DNA from: Octopus sinensis
Taxonomy: Eukaryota
Reading direction: 5' to 3'
DNA length: 64,000 bases
Assembly: GCF_006345805.1 (NCBI RefSeq)
Contig: NC_043009.1
Coordinates: forward strand, 59,954,001-60,018,000
Shown here: one piece after another, positions 13,035-25,885 of the stretch
How positions within the stretch are numbered: the stretch's first letter is position 1
How the letters are laid out: each line of letters starts with the position of its first letter
The notes under the pieces: generated by a model
Databases searched by the model: none
Told to the model about the DNA's origin: nothing
Seen by the model: only the letters and a program-made list of their open reading frames with translations
Translations under genes and position numbers: made by a program

Positions 13035-13416
13035 ACTCTTTTACTTGTTTCAGTCATTTGACTGCGGCCATGCTGGAGTACCGCCTTTAGTCGAGCAAAA
13101 CAACCCCAGGATGTATTCTTTGTAAGCCCAGTACTTATTCTATCGGTCTCTTTTGCCGAACCGCTAAGTTACGGGAACGTAAACACACCAGCATCGGTTG
13201 TCAAGCGATGCTGGGAGGACAAACAGATACACAAATATATACACACACATATACGACGGGCTTCTTCCAGTTTCCGTCTATCAAATCCACTCACAAGGCT
13301 TTGGTTGGCCCGAGGCTATAGTAGAAGACACTTGCCCAAGGTGACACGCAGTGGGACTGATCCCGGAACCATGTGGTTGGTAAGCGGCTACTTACCACAC
13401 AACCACTCCTGCGCCT
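13035..13416 (-). mobile_element. Family A SINE, full length
   Basis: Complete head, core and tail on the minus strand. Confidence 0.92.
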
Positions 13417-13539
13417 ATATATGCACATTGAAAATTCATCTGTCTCCGTGTTCCATAGTATAACGAATTATCATATGCATAGTTTATTGGAAATTCAACG
13501 GTTTCTCTGTATCATCATATAGCATTGTTTAGATAGTCA

Positions 13540-13710
13540 GGCACTCCGTCGGTTGCGACGACAAGGGTTCCTGTTGATCCGTTCAAAGGAACGGCCTACT
13601 TGTCAAGTTACTGGCATTTCTTTCTGTCTTTATGCTCTGAGTTCAAATTTTGCGAAAGTCGACTTTGACTTTTATCCTTTCGCAGGTCGATGAAATGATT
13701 ACCAGTGCCA
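13540..13710. mobile_element. Family C tail fragment (-) joined to a family B fragment (+)
   Basis: ggcactccgtcggttgcgacgac matches the reverse complement of the 25320-25365 tail. gagttcaaatt...gtcgactttg matches family B. Confidence 0.65.
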
Positions 13711-14510
13711 AAATTTGAAACCAATATTTCACATTCTTTAATTTCAAATTCAAAATTCTAAATCTTGTCTCGTGTTGTAAGGAGGTAGTTACCTCCCTTC
13801 TATTAACAGCCGTAACTAGAGGGCACTACCTGTATCAGAAATAATTACGCTCAGAAAATTTGAATTCAAAATTAATAAATTTGCCGATAACAAATGGCGT
13901 CCTGTTTTTTCCCAGTATTCTTTTAGATGTTTATCTTGAATATTTAGTTGTTCGGGCCACCCGTTATCGATGAATTACTTAATTGGAATATTATCAATAT
14001 CAGACTTTAAGACTGATTCGATTCGTTCTTGTTTTTCCTTAGTAACCGGCACTCTATGACAATTTCCATGATTTAATGCATCTCAAATCCAGATAGTTTG
14101 TGTTTATGACTTGTCAAAATTGTAATCAGCTCCGATCGGTATTCTTGATAAGGCATCGGCATTTTTGTGTTGCTCTGGAGCCTTAAACCGTATTGTATAT
14201 TTATAGAAAGATAATCACATAGCTAAACGCTGCAATCGTTGAATGCGAGTACAGTTCTTTTTTTTTTCCTCTGCTGAAAACATGTGTAATACAGACGTAT
14301 AGTAATAATTGAAAATATTGTCCGTATAGGAATTGATTGAAATTATGAAGACCTAATATAATAGCTATTAGAGCTTTATCTATTTGTGAATATTACTGTT
14401 GGTCTGCAGTCAATGTTTTTGTTGCATGAGCCAATGGACGTTCGACTCCATTTCCACGTTTTATGAGAACTACACCAGCACTAATGGAGGCACATATACT
14501 GGTAAAATTT

Positions 14511-14741
14511 AGGCGGCGAGCTGGTAGAAACGTTAGCGCGCCGGGCGAAATGCTTAGCAGTATTTCGTCTACCGTTACGTTGTGAGTTCAAATTCCGCCG
14601 AGGTCGACTTTGCCTTTCATCCTTTCGGTGTCAATAAATAAAGTATCAGTTGCGCACTGGGGTCGATGTAATCGACTTAATCCCTTTGTCTGTCCTTGTT
14701 TGTCCCCTCTATGTTTAGCCCCTTGTGGGCAGTAAAGAAAT
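14511..14741 (+). mobile_element. Family B tRNA-derived SINE (Nin/Deu-like central domain), full length
   Basis: 17-bp TSD atatactggtaaaattt at 14494-14510 and 14742-14758. B box GAGTTCAAATTCC. Central gcctttcatcctttcgg..tcgataaa..agtaccag motif; the domain name is from recall. Confidence 0.92.
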
Positions 14742-14900
14742 ATATACTGGTAAAATTTTCATTATCATATGCAAGCTTGGTAGCCTCAAACAGTTGTTTC
14801 AACTCATTAAAACTGCATTGATAATCACTACACGTGACACTCAGAGAAGCAAAAAAAAACTGACCCGACCAAAATAAAATAGATTATCAATTCCTACTAT

Positions 14901-14970
<70 letters not shown>

Positions 14971-15017
14971 ATGATGCAAAAACAAATAAAATTGCATACA
15001 CAATATATAATGTATAC

Positions 15018-15352
15018 ATGTAAATAGAGAGAAAGCAAAGACTGAAATTTTCAGATTAATATTCAGGTATATATATATATATGGATATTTATATATTAAC
15101 AAAACAAACTTACACAGAGTACAAAGACACAGAAAAATGAAAGGAAAAAATACGACAGCTGTTTCTGAGGGCTCGGAGTTATTTCATGATGTTGGCAGAA
15201 ACAGCTGTCAGACTTATTCCCTTTGCTTTTCCGTATCTTTGTACTCTGTGTAGGTTTGCTCTGTCATTAATAGATATACAAATATCTATATATTTATACT
15301 TGAATATTCATTGTCTGAAAGTTTTTACTCTTTGCTTTCTCTCTATTTACAT
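15018..15352. mobile_element. Foldback element with ~150-bp imperfect inverted arms
   Basis: atgtaaatagagagaaagcaaaga...acacagagtacaaaga...gacagctgtttctg (to 15167) is mirrored by cagaaacagctgtc (from 15196)...tctttgtactctgtgt...tctttgctttctctctatttacat. Confidence 0.8.
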
Positions 15353-15569
15353 ACATATATATATATATGTACATATATTTTGTACATCAGATTCAAGCAG
15401 TTTTACTTATTTATTTGTGTTGTTATCTCCATACCTACTCACCTGGATTCTTCTTGTCGTCACTCTTTACCCCGCGGACTTGTTCGTCAGTAAAGTTTTC
15501 GGAATGTAAGATCAAATCATTTAACTACTACTGTTGCTTTCTATATTGAGACTCTCTAGATCTCATCTG

Positions 15570-15850
<281 letters not shown>

Positions 15851-16679
15851 GCTTCACTTGTTACCTTGCCAATACCCATAGGTTGTGGTTGTCTATCTAA
15901 TCTAGTCAAAACAGAAGGTGTTTCAACGTAATGAAAACACTCTGTCCATCTACGAGTACATATTCAAAATCTTCGTTTTTAAGTCAACAAAAAAGAGCTT
16001 CTATGTAGTCATTTATCCTGCTAGAAATGACAGCCAAATTCACATGTTTGGAAAAGAAAGGACACATTGGATAACATAGTTCCATCCGTTTCGGAAAGGT
16101 CGACGGGAAGGCATCAGCTGAAAACGTTTGATCATTGCTCTGCTCCAAGATAAGGCAGATCATGATAGGAAGCTAAGAGACGAAAATACAACCTTGGGTT
16201 AAACAACAACAACACTATCATATACATGTTTTGCCTATCTAATGAAAATCTATATTGTCCTTCTTTCTATTCAACATCTCCATGTTGTGTCTGTATTCAG
16301 CGTCGACATCTACGTGTTGTATTAATCGTTAGAATAGCTTTATCATCATCATATTTACATGCTAGTACATTCTATTAGTGCTTTACTGTCTACACAATAC
16401 ATCCACGTATGTACACTCACTGCATATCGTTTGAAGTGTTTTTATCTATTTGCTGTAAGCTATGTAGATTGATACAGCAGAAATCTATCTCGCTGTTAAC
16501 CTTGTTTCGTTCTGTTGAAATCAGCGCAGCAACCATCAGCAAAAGCGGAGAAATTGATTGGAAATTGAAAGCAATAAATATATATATAAATAATATATAA
16601 GAATAATATATAAATGAAAATAATATTTGAAATAAAATAAAAATAATCAGAAGCTAAGAGTAATAATGTTAATAAAAAT

Positions 16680-16686
16680 GATGATG

Positions 16687-16757
<71 letters not shown>

Positions 16758-16783
16758 GATTTCTTTTATTTGCCACAATAATG

Positions 16784-16825
<42 letters not shown>

Positions 16826-16874
16826 GTAATGATAGTAATAATAATAACGATTTCTTTTATTTGCCACAATAATG

Positions 16875-16919
<45 letters not shown>

Positions 16920-16968
16920 GTAATGATAGTAATAATAATAACGATTTCTTTTATTTGCCACAATAATG

Positions 16969-17025
<57 letters not shown>

Positions 17026-17200
17026 GTATTGATAAGGATTTCTTTTATTTGCCACAAGGTCGACGGATGAGGAGACGTTGCAAGGAGATATTACAAACAC
17101 GGTACGGATTCTCACAGAATCGATTATAAGAAAACCGACATGGGAAGCAACACAACAACAGCAACAACAACGATAACATAACAACAACAATAAAAGTGAC

Positions 17201-17239
<39 letters not shown>

Positions 17240-17247
17240 TAATAATG

Positions 17248-17278
<31 letters not shown>

Positions 17279-17283
17279 TAATG

Positions 17284-17350
<67 letters not shown>

Positions 17351-17360
17351 CAATAATGAC
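16680..17360. repeat. (TAA)n array with a ~91-95 bp higher-order unit
   Basis: The anchor atttcttttatttgccacaa recurs near 16756, 16847, 16941 and 17036. Confidence 0.9.
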
Positions 17361-19099
17361 AAGAATAATGTTTCAGGCAATTTTACTTTTAGCTTCTCAA
17401 TCAATTTACTTTTGGTAGGTTTCCAAAAATCTCTGCGCGGTTTATCACTTCATTAAGTACACTTTACAACAGACTTAAGATTTCATCACTTATACGTTTG
17501 TTCAATAGCATGCATGTTTAGAATTTATCCTTATGCCACAGTATCTCACACACACACGCTCGCGCGCAAGCACGCTCATATACACACGCACACATTCACA
17601 TATAACCCTATCTATGTACGGACAGACTTGAGTGTAGACAACAGGGAGAAAAAGTGAAGCGAATAGACGATATTATAAATAGCTTGAATTAATTTATTGG
17701 AAGTTGAACCTTCACGAATCTTTACTCCGATTTTATCGCTGCCCATCCAAGGATGCTTACGAAAATAGAAACATAACATTTTTTAAAAAACTATATGCAA
17801 AAGATTTTGAATAAAACAGCGAGCAATGACTGGACGCTAGAATATAACAGAAAGATATTATTGGTTGATAGGGTGTAACGGATGGATGCTATTTGGAGGG
17901 AGCAAATAATATTCTATTTTGTTTTTATAATGAGGCTGTAAAATTGACTTAAACTAACAAATGTATTTAATATAATAATTGTGACAAATAAAATGAAATT
18001 ACCTTCCGGCTCTTCAAATCCCGCTTAACTCAACTCCACCTTTCATCCCTCCGGCATCGATAAAATAAAATACCTATGTATGCTATGAACAGTATGTTAG
18101 TTGACAGCGATGGGTTTGCGAAGTCTGCATTCTGAGTTCAAATTCAGTCGAGGATCGTCATTGCATTTAATCCTTCTAAGAAAAATTGGAGAATTAAAAT
18201 TAACCAAAACAAAAACAACAGCATCGAGAGACTGTCAGAGAGAAACTACCCAAATAAAAGTATTAATAAAAAAAAACCCATAAAATAATGACGAAATATT
18301 TCCGTTAGACGATACACGTTAATTTTACCTGATTCATAATATAACATTGTAAAACTAAAATTTCGCAGAACGCGTATAGCTGATGATATTTTTCGTGCTT
18401 TCATTCAATCCATTCCAGTCTAGAAATAAAATGGCCATTTTCCACCGAGGCAGAGGGAAAAGTACAATTTAGGCGAAATGCTTCACTGATGTAAGGTAAT
18501 GCAAAACCCAGAATAGATAAGTAAATTCCAAGGGCAGCTGATCTTGTGTTTTTTCAGCTTCCAAATATACTTGGAGAAAGCTGCATCTTATCTTTTTTCG
18601 GTTTCTGGCAAGAATATGATTGAAGAAATTTTCAGTAAGCTCGATATAAGATTTAAAGGCGGTATTAAAATGAGGAGAAACTTTGTTCCAGTAGAGCATA
18701 ACTCTTAAAGAGTATTGGCCCATCGAAGAAAAGCGGTGGTATAGAAATTACAATTACAAACAGAGGAATGGATTGTATAATTTGTGTTGGATAAGTTCCC
18801 TGTGTCGAATTTAGCGATAGAGGCTATATAGTCGATAATACAAGACAAGCTACATTTAAGCATGATTTGATTAAAGAGATTAGAATATTTATACGTAAAG
18901 TATACTAGCCAACTCAATATGGCTAACCACTAAGGGTGTTACTGCAGCTTTTAGCCCCAGGAGATCATCGTCTCCAACTGGCTTTAGAATATCTATAATT
19001 TTCTAGGAAATGGAAAGATTTACATCTAGTATTGAGTTTCATTATATCTCTAATTGCCTGTACAACAACAACAACAATAACAATAACAATAACAATGAT

Positions 19100-19144
<45 letters not shown>

Positions 19145-19159
19145 AATAATAATAATAAT

Positions 19160-19360
19160 GATATTTCAATTATTGGCACAAGGTCTGAAATTTCGGGAGA
19201 GAGTGGTGTAAGTGTAACTGGTACTTATTTCATCGACCTCGAATGGGTGAAAGGCAAAGTCGGTCTCAGCGGAATCTAAACTCAGAATGTAAAAACGGAC
19301 GAAATGCAGCTAAGCATTTTGTCCGGTGTGCTAACAATTCTACCAGTTCGCCGCCGTAAT
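19160..19360 (-). mobile_element. Family B SINE with the alternative (B2) tail
   Basis: ggcacaaggtctgaaattt tail plus the family B body, reverse orientation. Confidence 0.75.
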
Positions 19361-19400
19361 AATAATAACAAAAACAATATTACTTATTATTATTTTATTC

Positions 19401-19443
<43 letters not shown>

Positions 19444-19444
<1 letters not shown>

Positions 19445-19832
19445 GAGCAAAACGCCTCCCGTCCAATGGACGGTGCTGGGTTGTCAAACATTTAAACCAA
19501 ATTTTCTCAAAACAACTTGTCCGACCGTCCTATTTTGTGGCGTTATTTCAAGCCAGCCGGCTTTTTATTTGCGAAAACTCCACGTGCATTTTTCTCGCGT
19601 ACGCGTAGTATCGATCGCAACAGCTGATGTAGTTGCGCGTACAAATACACGTTCCCACGGCTTTATCGACCGCATTCTCACCTGGAATCGATTTTTGTAA
19701 TTTTTTCAAGACTTATACACGCCCTGATACCGTCGGTATCTACATATCAAATTCGAGCGCAATCGGATGGAAGATGCCCGAGATCCTAGAAGACACACGC
19801 ACAGACAGACAGAACAGATTTTATATAGTAGA
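19444..19832 (-). mobile_element. Non-autonomous Helitron
   Basis: Minus 5' A|TCTACTATATAAAATCTG. Subterminal palindrome ccgtccaatggacgg at 19459-19473. 3' CTCG|T (degenerate CTAG). Confidence 0.75.
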
Positions 19833-19974
19833 TGTTAAAAGGTAGATTTTATTATCTATATACACACACATGCACATATAATTACACACATGCATACACA
19901 CACTTACACACACATGCACATATATATCAATCTATCTCACTACCCACCTCTCCATCTATCTATATATATCTACA

Positions 19975-19979
<5 letters not shown>

Positions 19980-20010
<31 letters not shown>

Positions 20011-20460
20011 TGTATGTATGTATGTATGTAGTATGATGTATGTAGTTCATGTATGTATGTATGTATGTAGGATGTATGTATGTAGTATGATGTATGTATG
20101 TATGTATGTATGTATGTATGTATGTATGTATGTATGTATGTATGTATGTATGTATGTATGTATGTATGTATGTATGTATGTATGTATGTATGTACGTATG
20201 TATGTATGTATGTATGTATGCATGCATGCATGCATGCATGCATGTATGTATTATGTATGTATGCATGTATGTCGTAGTATGTATGCATGCATGTATGTAT
20301 GTATGTATGTATGTATGTATGTATGTATGTATGTATTATGTATGTACGTACGTATGTATGTATGTATGTATGTATGTATGTATGTATGTATGTATGCATG
20401 CATGCATGCATGTATGTATGTATGTATGTATGTATGTATGTATATATGTATGTATGTATA
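19980..20460. repeat. (TATG)n/(CATG)n array
   Basis: Directly visible. Confidence 0.95.
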
Positions 20461-20864
20461 TGGTCTATCAAGGAGCGCTTTGAGTGCAAATTTCGCCGTG
20501 GTCAGTTTTTCTTTAATTCCTTTCGTAGAGGTCAATAAAGTCATATCAATCGCTTAGTAAATTCACTCAATTTAAATCTATTATACACTTGTATATGAAC
20601 TTCTGGCATTTTATCAAGGAAAACGATCAATTTCAATTAAAGCGATCGACATAAACTATACTTCCGAAATAATGATGATGAAGATGAAAATGATGATGAT
20701 GATGAGGAGGAGGAGGAAGAGGAGGGGGGGAGGAAGAGGAGGAAGACTTCTTTTATTTACCACCAGGGTAATGAATGAGGGGCACGTTGCAGATAGATAT
20801 GAAGAGTGGGATTTACATGGAATCGAATGTGTGTGTGTGTATGTATGTATATATATGTGTGTGT

Positions 20865-21015
20865 GTGTGTGCAGAACCTAGCAACGCTATTTTCTGAAGT
20901 TCTCCTACGTTAACACTGCAAGGGAGTTTGTCGAGCTGCTTATCAAGGGCCTTTTTAATTAGCCCTAATGCTCCAATCACTATTGGTGCTGTGCTGCTTT
21001 TCATTTCCCACATTA
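20865..21015 (-). pseudogene. C-terminal fragment of a restriction-like-endonuclease LINE (R4/NeSL type)
   Basis: [49 protein letters not shown] is homologous to the 30533-30830 fragment (PIIIGALG...IQKIALLGTAH). Confidence 0.78.
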
Positions 21016-21133
21016 CGTAATCATTGTTATATGTTTTATCTTATATTTAATCTTTCTATAGATGTAATTTATTCTAAATGGTATAATTTATTTTTCATTA
21101 TTGAATTGATAAAAGGGTTTTTTTCTAATTTGT

Positions 21134-21412
<279 letters not shown>

Positions 21413-21418
<6 letters not shown>

Positions 21419-21625
21419 ATCCAAACAAGAAAACTAAAAAAAACACAACAACGCGAGGACGTGGAACAAATATTGTATTATTGGACGCTCAGGAAAGAAG
21501 GAAAAAAGGAGTTTAACGTTTCGAGTGGAGCTCTTCGTTGGAAACATAGGAGAAGGAAAGATCTAGAGAAGGGAAGACAGAGGAAAAAAATCGCCAACGG
21601 TACACACGAGGTCACATTTTGAAAT
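21413..21625 (-). mobile_element. Probable Penelope pLTR fragment with a core-mutated hammerhead
   Basis: Minus strand GTTT-CCAACGA-AGAGCTCCACTC-GAAACGTT-AAAC, where the core CTGACGA has become CCAACGA. Flanked by (TA)n. Confidence 0.45.
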
Positions 21626-21668
21626 ATATATATATGTATATATATATGTATGTATGTGTGTGTGTGTG

Positions 21669-21699
<31 letters not shown>

Positions 21700-22164
21700 A
21701 TGTACGTTTTTATGTATGTATATAAATACATATATTTCTCTGTTCAGATATTAATTGTTAAAATCTTGTTATATAACATTTGTTAACCCAGCTAAAACCA
21801 TATAAGGCGCGTTGCTTTTTTTATTTATTCATTTTGTTCTTCTGCGAAGGTAGCAGGTGACACTCAGAGAGAGGTGGAGCACGTATCAAGGTCTTTCCTT
21901 TTCACTTTGCTTATGAATGAAGAGGAGGACAATTTTTAAGCGTTGAAAGTTACAAACTCGAATGCTTTAACAGCAGACAATGACGATGGCGGCGGCGGTG
22001 GGTTGCGGTGAGCGGCGGTGGCGTCGATGGCGGTCGGGGTGTCGGTAGCATTAACAAAATTGACCACAGCAGCAAAGACAGCATTCTGCTCATGGAAAGT
22101 GAGGAGGAGATTTCATCAATGAATTGTTCTAAGTTTTAAAAAAATTGTGCTCCTACTCTATAGC

Positions 22165-22398
22165 TATTTCTTTACTAACCACAAGGGGCTAAACACAGAG
22201 GGAACAAACAAGGACAGACAAACGGATTAAGTCGATTACATCGACCCCAGTGCGTAACTGGTACTTAATTTATCGACCCCGAAAGGATGAAAGGTAAAGT
22301 CGACCTCGGCGGAATTTGAACTCAGAACGTAACGGCAGACGAAATAACGCTAAGCATTTCGCCCAGCGTGCTAACGTTTCTGCCAGCTCGCCGCCTTA
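22165..22398 (-). mobile_element. Family B SINE, full length
   Basis: Complete reverse copy; its head starts just after the tRNA terminator. Confidence 0.92.
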
Positions 22399-22407
22399 AA
22401 AGTTCTC

Positions 22408-22494
22408 CGCCCGCAGAGGGACACGAACCCGCGACCCCCATATGTCATGAGAGGACTTAAAAGTCTGATGCTCTACCGATTGAGCTATGCGTGC
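22408..22494 (-). tRNA. tRNA-Lys(TTT): tRNA-Lys(TTT) with a 14-nt canonical-position intron, degenerate (probable pseudogene)
   Basis: GCACGCA TA GCTC AATCGGTA GAGC A TCAGA CTTTTA [AGTCCTCTCATGAC] A TATGG GGGTC GCGGG TTCGTGT CCCTC TGCGGGC G, then TTTT (22398-22401). Mismatches at 3:70, 30:40 and 50:64; A58 has become T. Confidence 0.82.
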
Positions 22495-22496
22495 CT

Positions 22497-22678
22497 CTAA
22501 AGGGATTAAGTCGATTCCATCGACCCCAATGCGTAACTGGTACATAATTTATCGACCCCGAAAGGATAAAAGGCAAAGTCGATCTCGGCGGAATTTGAAC
22601 TCAGAACGCAAAGGCAGACGAAATAACGCTAAGCATTTCGCCTGGCGTGCTAACGTTTCTGCCAGTTCGCCGCCTTGC
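22497..22678 (-). mobile_element. Family B SINE, 3'-truncated
   Basis: Head and body present; ends 2-3 bp upstream of tRNA position 1. Confidence 0.88.
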
Positions 22679-22844
22679 GCTCCTGCTAACGACTGTAGCT
22701 GTAAAAGCGACATCAATAACAGCAATAGCAGTAATGTTCAAAGTCAGCAGCAGCAATTAAGATGCTACAGGTAACAACAACATCAGGGGGTAGCTGGAGC
22801 AGCAATGACAACAACGATAATTGCAGAGACAGCAGCAGCAGTGG

Positions 22845-23030
22845 AGGCGCAATGGCCCAGTGGACTCGCGGTCGTAAGAACGCGATTTCGATTCCCAGAC
22901 CGGGCATTGTGAGTGTTTATTGAGCAAAAACACCTAAGCTCTACGATGCTCCGGCGGGGGGTAGTGGTGAACCCCACTGTACTCTTTCACCACAACTTTC
23001 TCTCACTCTTTCTTCCTCCTTCTGCCACAA
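22845..23030 (+). mobile_element. Family C SINE 5' part
   Basis: ggcgcaatggcccagtgg...tttcgattcccagaccgggc...cacctaagctc matches 24992-25170. Confidence 0.8.
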
Positions 23031-23791
23031 AGCAGAGGAACCATGGTGTAACCCACTATGGTGTGGTAAACTTTCAAACTCTAGTCTAGATTGCGAATCC
23101 TCTGTACCCCAGGATGGTTCAGCTCTCCACCCGCTAAAAGCCACCGTTTACGGAATGAGGATAACAACGTAGCTTTCGCACCCGTACAACCGCCAGTCTA
23201 TCGCATGTGGTGGGTGGATCTTCAAGTTGCTACACGCATTCTTAGTTGTTTAGAGTAGGCTCGAATTAGAGATTATCCTTTGTGGCTAATGACGTTAGTC
23301 CTGATTGGAAGAAGAAGAAGACAACTATATCAGGAATAGCAAGAGCAGCAGCAATGACAGCAACAATAATTGCAGAGACAGCAGTCGCTGCGACAACAGC
23401 AGCAACCGTTCAAGAATCTGGACCTGGAGATCTCCATTTCCAGCGACTTCGAGGGTCACCTCCCAGTGGTGTCGGGCGTCAACGAAGAGCCCTCGACTAC
23501 ATCAAGAGAACCAAATTTTTTTCCCAAGGTCTGGGGTCTCCCGCCCCTAAGCCCTAGACCATCACCTAATCACCCTTACCCGTCTTGTTGCTTAACAACA
23601 ACAACAACAACAACATCAGCAGCATTAGTGGGTAATGGTGATGACACCCTCGGCTAGATTCTGGACGTTTATGTGAATCAGTCAACTGTAAATGGGCTGT
23701 ATATGTTGAAGCCCAACTCCCATTTGTCTCTGTACTGTCTCAAATATGCTTTTTGTATCCCTTGTGGCCAATAAAGTGAGTAGGCCAATAA

Positions 23792-23956
23792 AGGCGTGGG
23801 AGTGGCTGTGTGGTAAGTAGTTTGCTTACCAACCACATGGTTCCGGGTTCAGCCCCACTGTGTAGCACCTTGGACAAGTGTTTTCTACTATAGCCTCGGG
23901 CCGACCAAAGCCTTGTGAGTGGATTTGGTAGATGGAAACTGAAAGAAGCCCATCGT

Positions 23957-24036
<80 letters not shown>

Positions 24037-24258
24037 ATGTTTGGTGTTGTGTCTGTCCCCCCCAACATCGCTTGACAACCGATGCTGGTGTGTTTATGTC
24101 CCCGTAACTTAGCGGTTCGGCAAAAGCGATTGATAGAATAAGTACTAGGCTTACAAAGAATAAGTCCTGGGGTCGATTTGCCCGACTAAAAGGCGGTGCT
24201 CTAGCATGGCCACATTGATTTGACTGAAACAAGTAAAAGAGTAAAAAGAGTAAAAGAG
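23792..24258 (+). mobile_element. Family A SINE, full length
   Basis: Head, core, internal (TA)/(TG) tract and (GTAAAAGA)n tail. Confidence 0.92.
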
Positions 24259-24991
24259 ACTATTAGTATCAGTAGTAGTTGTAGTAGCCGCAGAAAGAAC
24301 AGCAGCCGAAAAGAATGTGATGAAAAAGAGTTCCAGCCTTGACAAACTGATTTGCTAATTTTGTGGCACAATATATCTAGGTCTACATGACTCTAATGTC
24401 TTTCTTTTAAATGATGGTAGAGAATGGAATTTAAGAGAGCGGTTTGGCTGGTATTTCTAGCAGGCCTTCTTCGTTGGCTCTTTATGTACAAATCATATCT
24501 TGTGATTGATATAATCGACTCCGCCCTAACTTCCCCGATAACGTGTGACCATGTGACAAATTTAGATACCATTATTATTAAATTAGAGCAATAACAACTG
24601 CAGAGTTGATCAGATATCGATCTCGTTGTTATAGCTATAATATTGACATAATATTATTAAATTATTATGTAATCTTATTAGGGAAGCATATAAACAAACA
24701 GAAATGTGTCTTCTGATATCAGAATTGAACCCTGATACATATAATCATTTATACAAACAAACGCCTGCACACATACACAAACACACACATATACACACAT
24801 GAAGACATAATACATTTGCAAAAGCAGATACACACACACTCACACATACACATACACACGCGCATATATAAACATACGCACACTCTACGCATACACACAC
24901 ATACACATTCATACACTGGCAATGCTACGCTAACACACACATAGAGAAGCATTAATACACCTATACACACATTCATGTATATACACATGTG

Positions 24992-25365
24992 GAGGCGCAA
25001 TGATCGAGTGGTTAGGGCAGCGGACTCGCGATCGTGGGATCGCGGTTTCGATTCCCAGACCGGGATTTTTTAGTGTTTATTGAGCGAAAACACCTAAAGC
25101 TCCACGAGGCTCCGGCAGAGGCTGGTAGCGAACCCTGCTGTACTCTTTCACCACAACTTTCTCTCTTTCTTCCTGTTTGTGTTGTGCCTGTATTTCAAAG
25201 GGCCAGCTTTGTCACACTCTGTGTCATGCTGAATCCCCTCGAGAACTACGTCAGGGTACACGTGTCTGTGGAGTGCTCAGCCACTTGCAGGTTAATTTCA
25301 CGAGCAGGCTCTTCTGTTGATCGGATCAACTGGAACCTTCGTCGTCGTAACCGACAGAGAGTCAC
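24992..25365 (+). mobile_element. Family C SINE, near full length (tail type 2)
   Basis: A box TGATCGAGTGG, B box GGTTTCGATTCCC. Tail ...gatcggatcaactggaaccttcgtcgtcgtaaccgac also occurs reversed at 13540 and 26020. Confidence 0.85.
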
Positions 25366-25529
25366 GTATGTACATATACACACACAGAAATAGCGTGGGA
25401 GCTGCTATGTAGATGCTCAACCTGCTAGTAATAGGAGGCAAATCTCAAATCATTTTATACGAATGAAGAAACGGAAGGACACATTGCTCAATGTATTCCA
25501 TGATATATAAACCGATGAGGTCATTTATA

Positions 25530-25738
25530 GTTCTTTAGTTATTTGACTGCGGCCATGCTGGAGCACCGCCTTTAGTCGAACAAATCGACCCCAGGACTTA
25601 TTCTTTGTAAGCCTAGTACTTATTCTATCGTTCTCTTTTGCCGAACCGCTAAGTTGCGGGGTCGTAAACACAGCAACATCGGTTGTCAAAGCGATGGTGG
25701 GGGAACAAACACAGACACACAAATACATACACACACAA

Positions 25739-25783
<45 letters not shown>

Positions 25784-25885
25784 CGATGGGCTTCTTTCAG
25801 TTTCCGTCTACCAAATCCACTCACAAGGCTTTGGTTGGCCCAAGGCTATAGTAGAAGGCACTTGCCCAAGGCTATAGTAGAAGAC
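25530..25885 (-). mobile_element. Family A SINE, 5'-truncated, with a local duplication
   Basis: Reverse copy; aaggctatagtagaag.cac is repeated at 25842 and 25868. Confidence 0.85.

Noticed and set aside
15445-15525. Candidate minus-strand exon LNDLILHSENFTDEQVRGVKSDDKKNP ending at AG|GTGAGT
   Set aside because: Good donor site, but no polypyrimidine acceptor, no recognisable homology and no partner exons. It needs RNA-seq.
16680-17060. CRISPR-like repeat-spacer pattern
   Set aside because: The spacers are (AAT)n microsatellite rather than unique sequence, the context is eukaryotic, and there are no cas genes.
18469-18723. 84-aa non-repetitive ORF (MGQYSLRVMLYW...)
   Set aside because: Its length is within chance expectation. 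The faint RhoGAP-like spacing does not fit the consensus, and there is no splice support.
23040-23600. GC-richer segments after the family C SINE head
   Set aside because: Probably repeat-derived, but I cannot assign a family or a reading frame.
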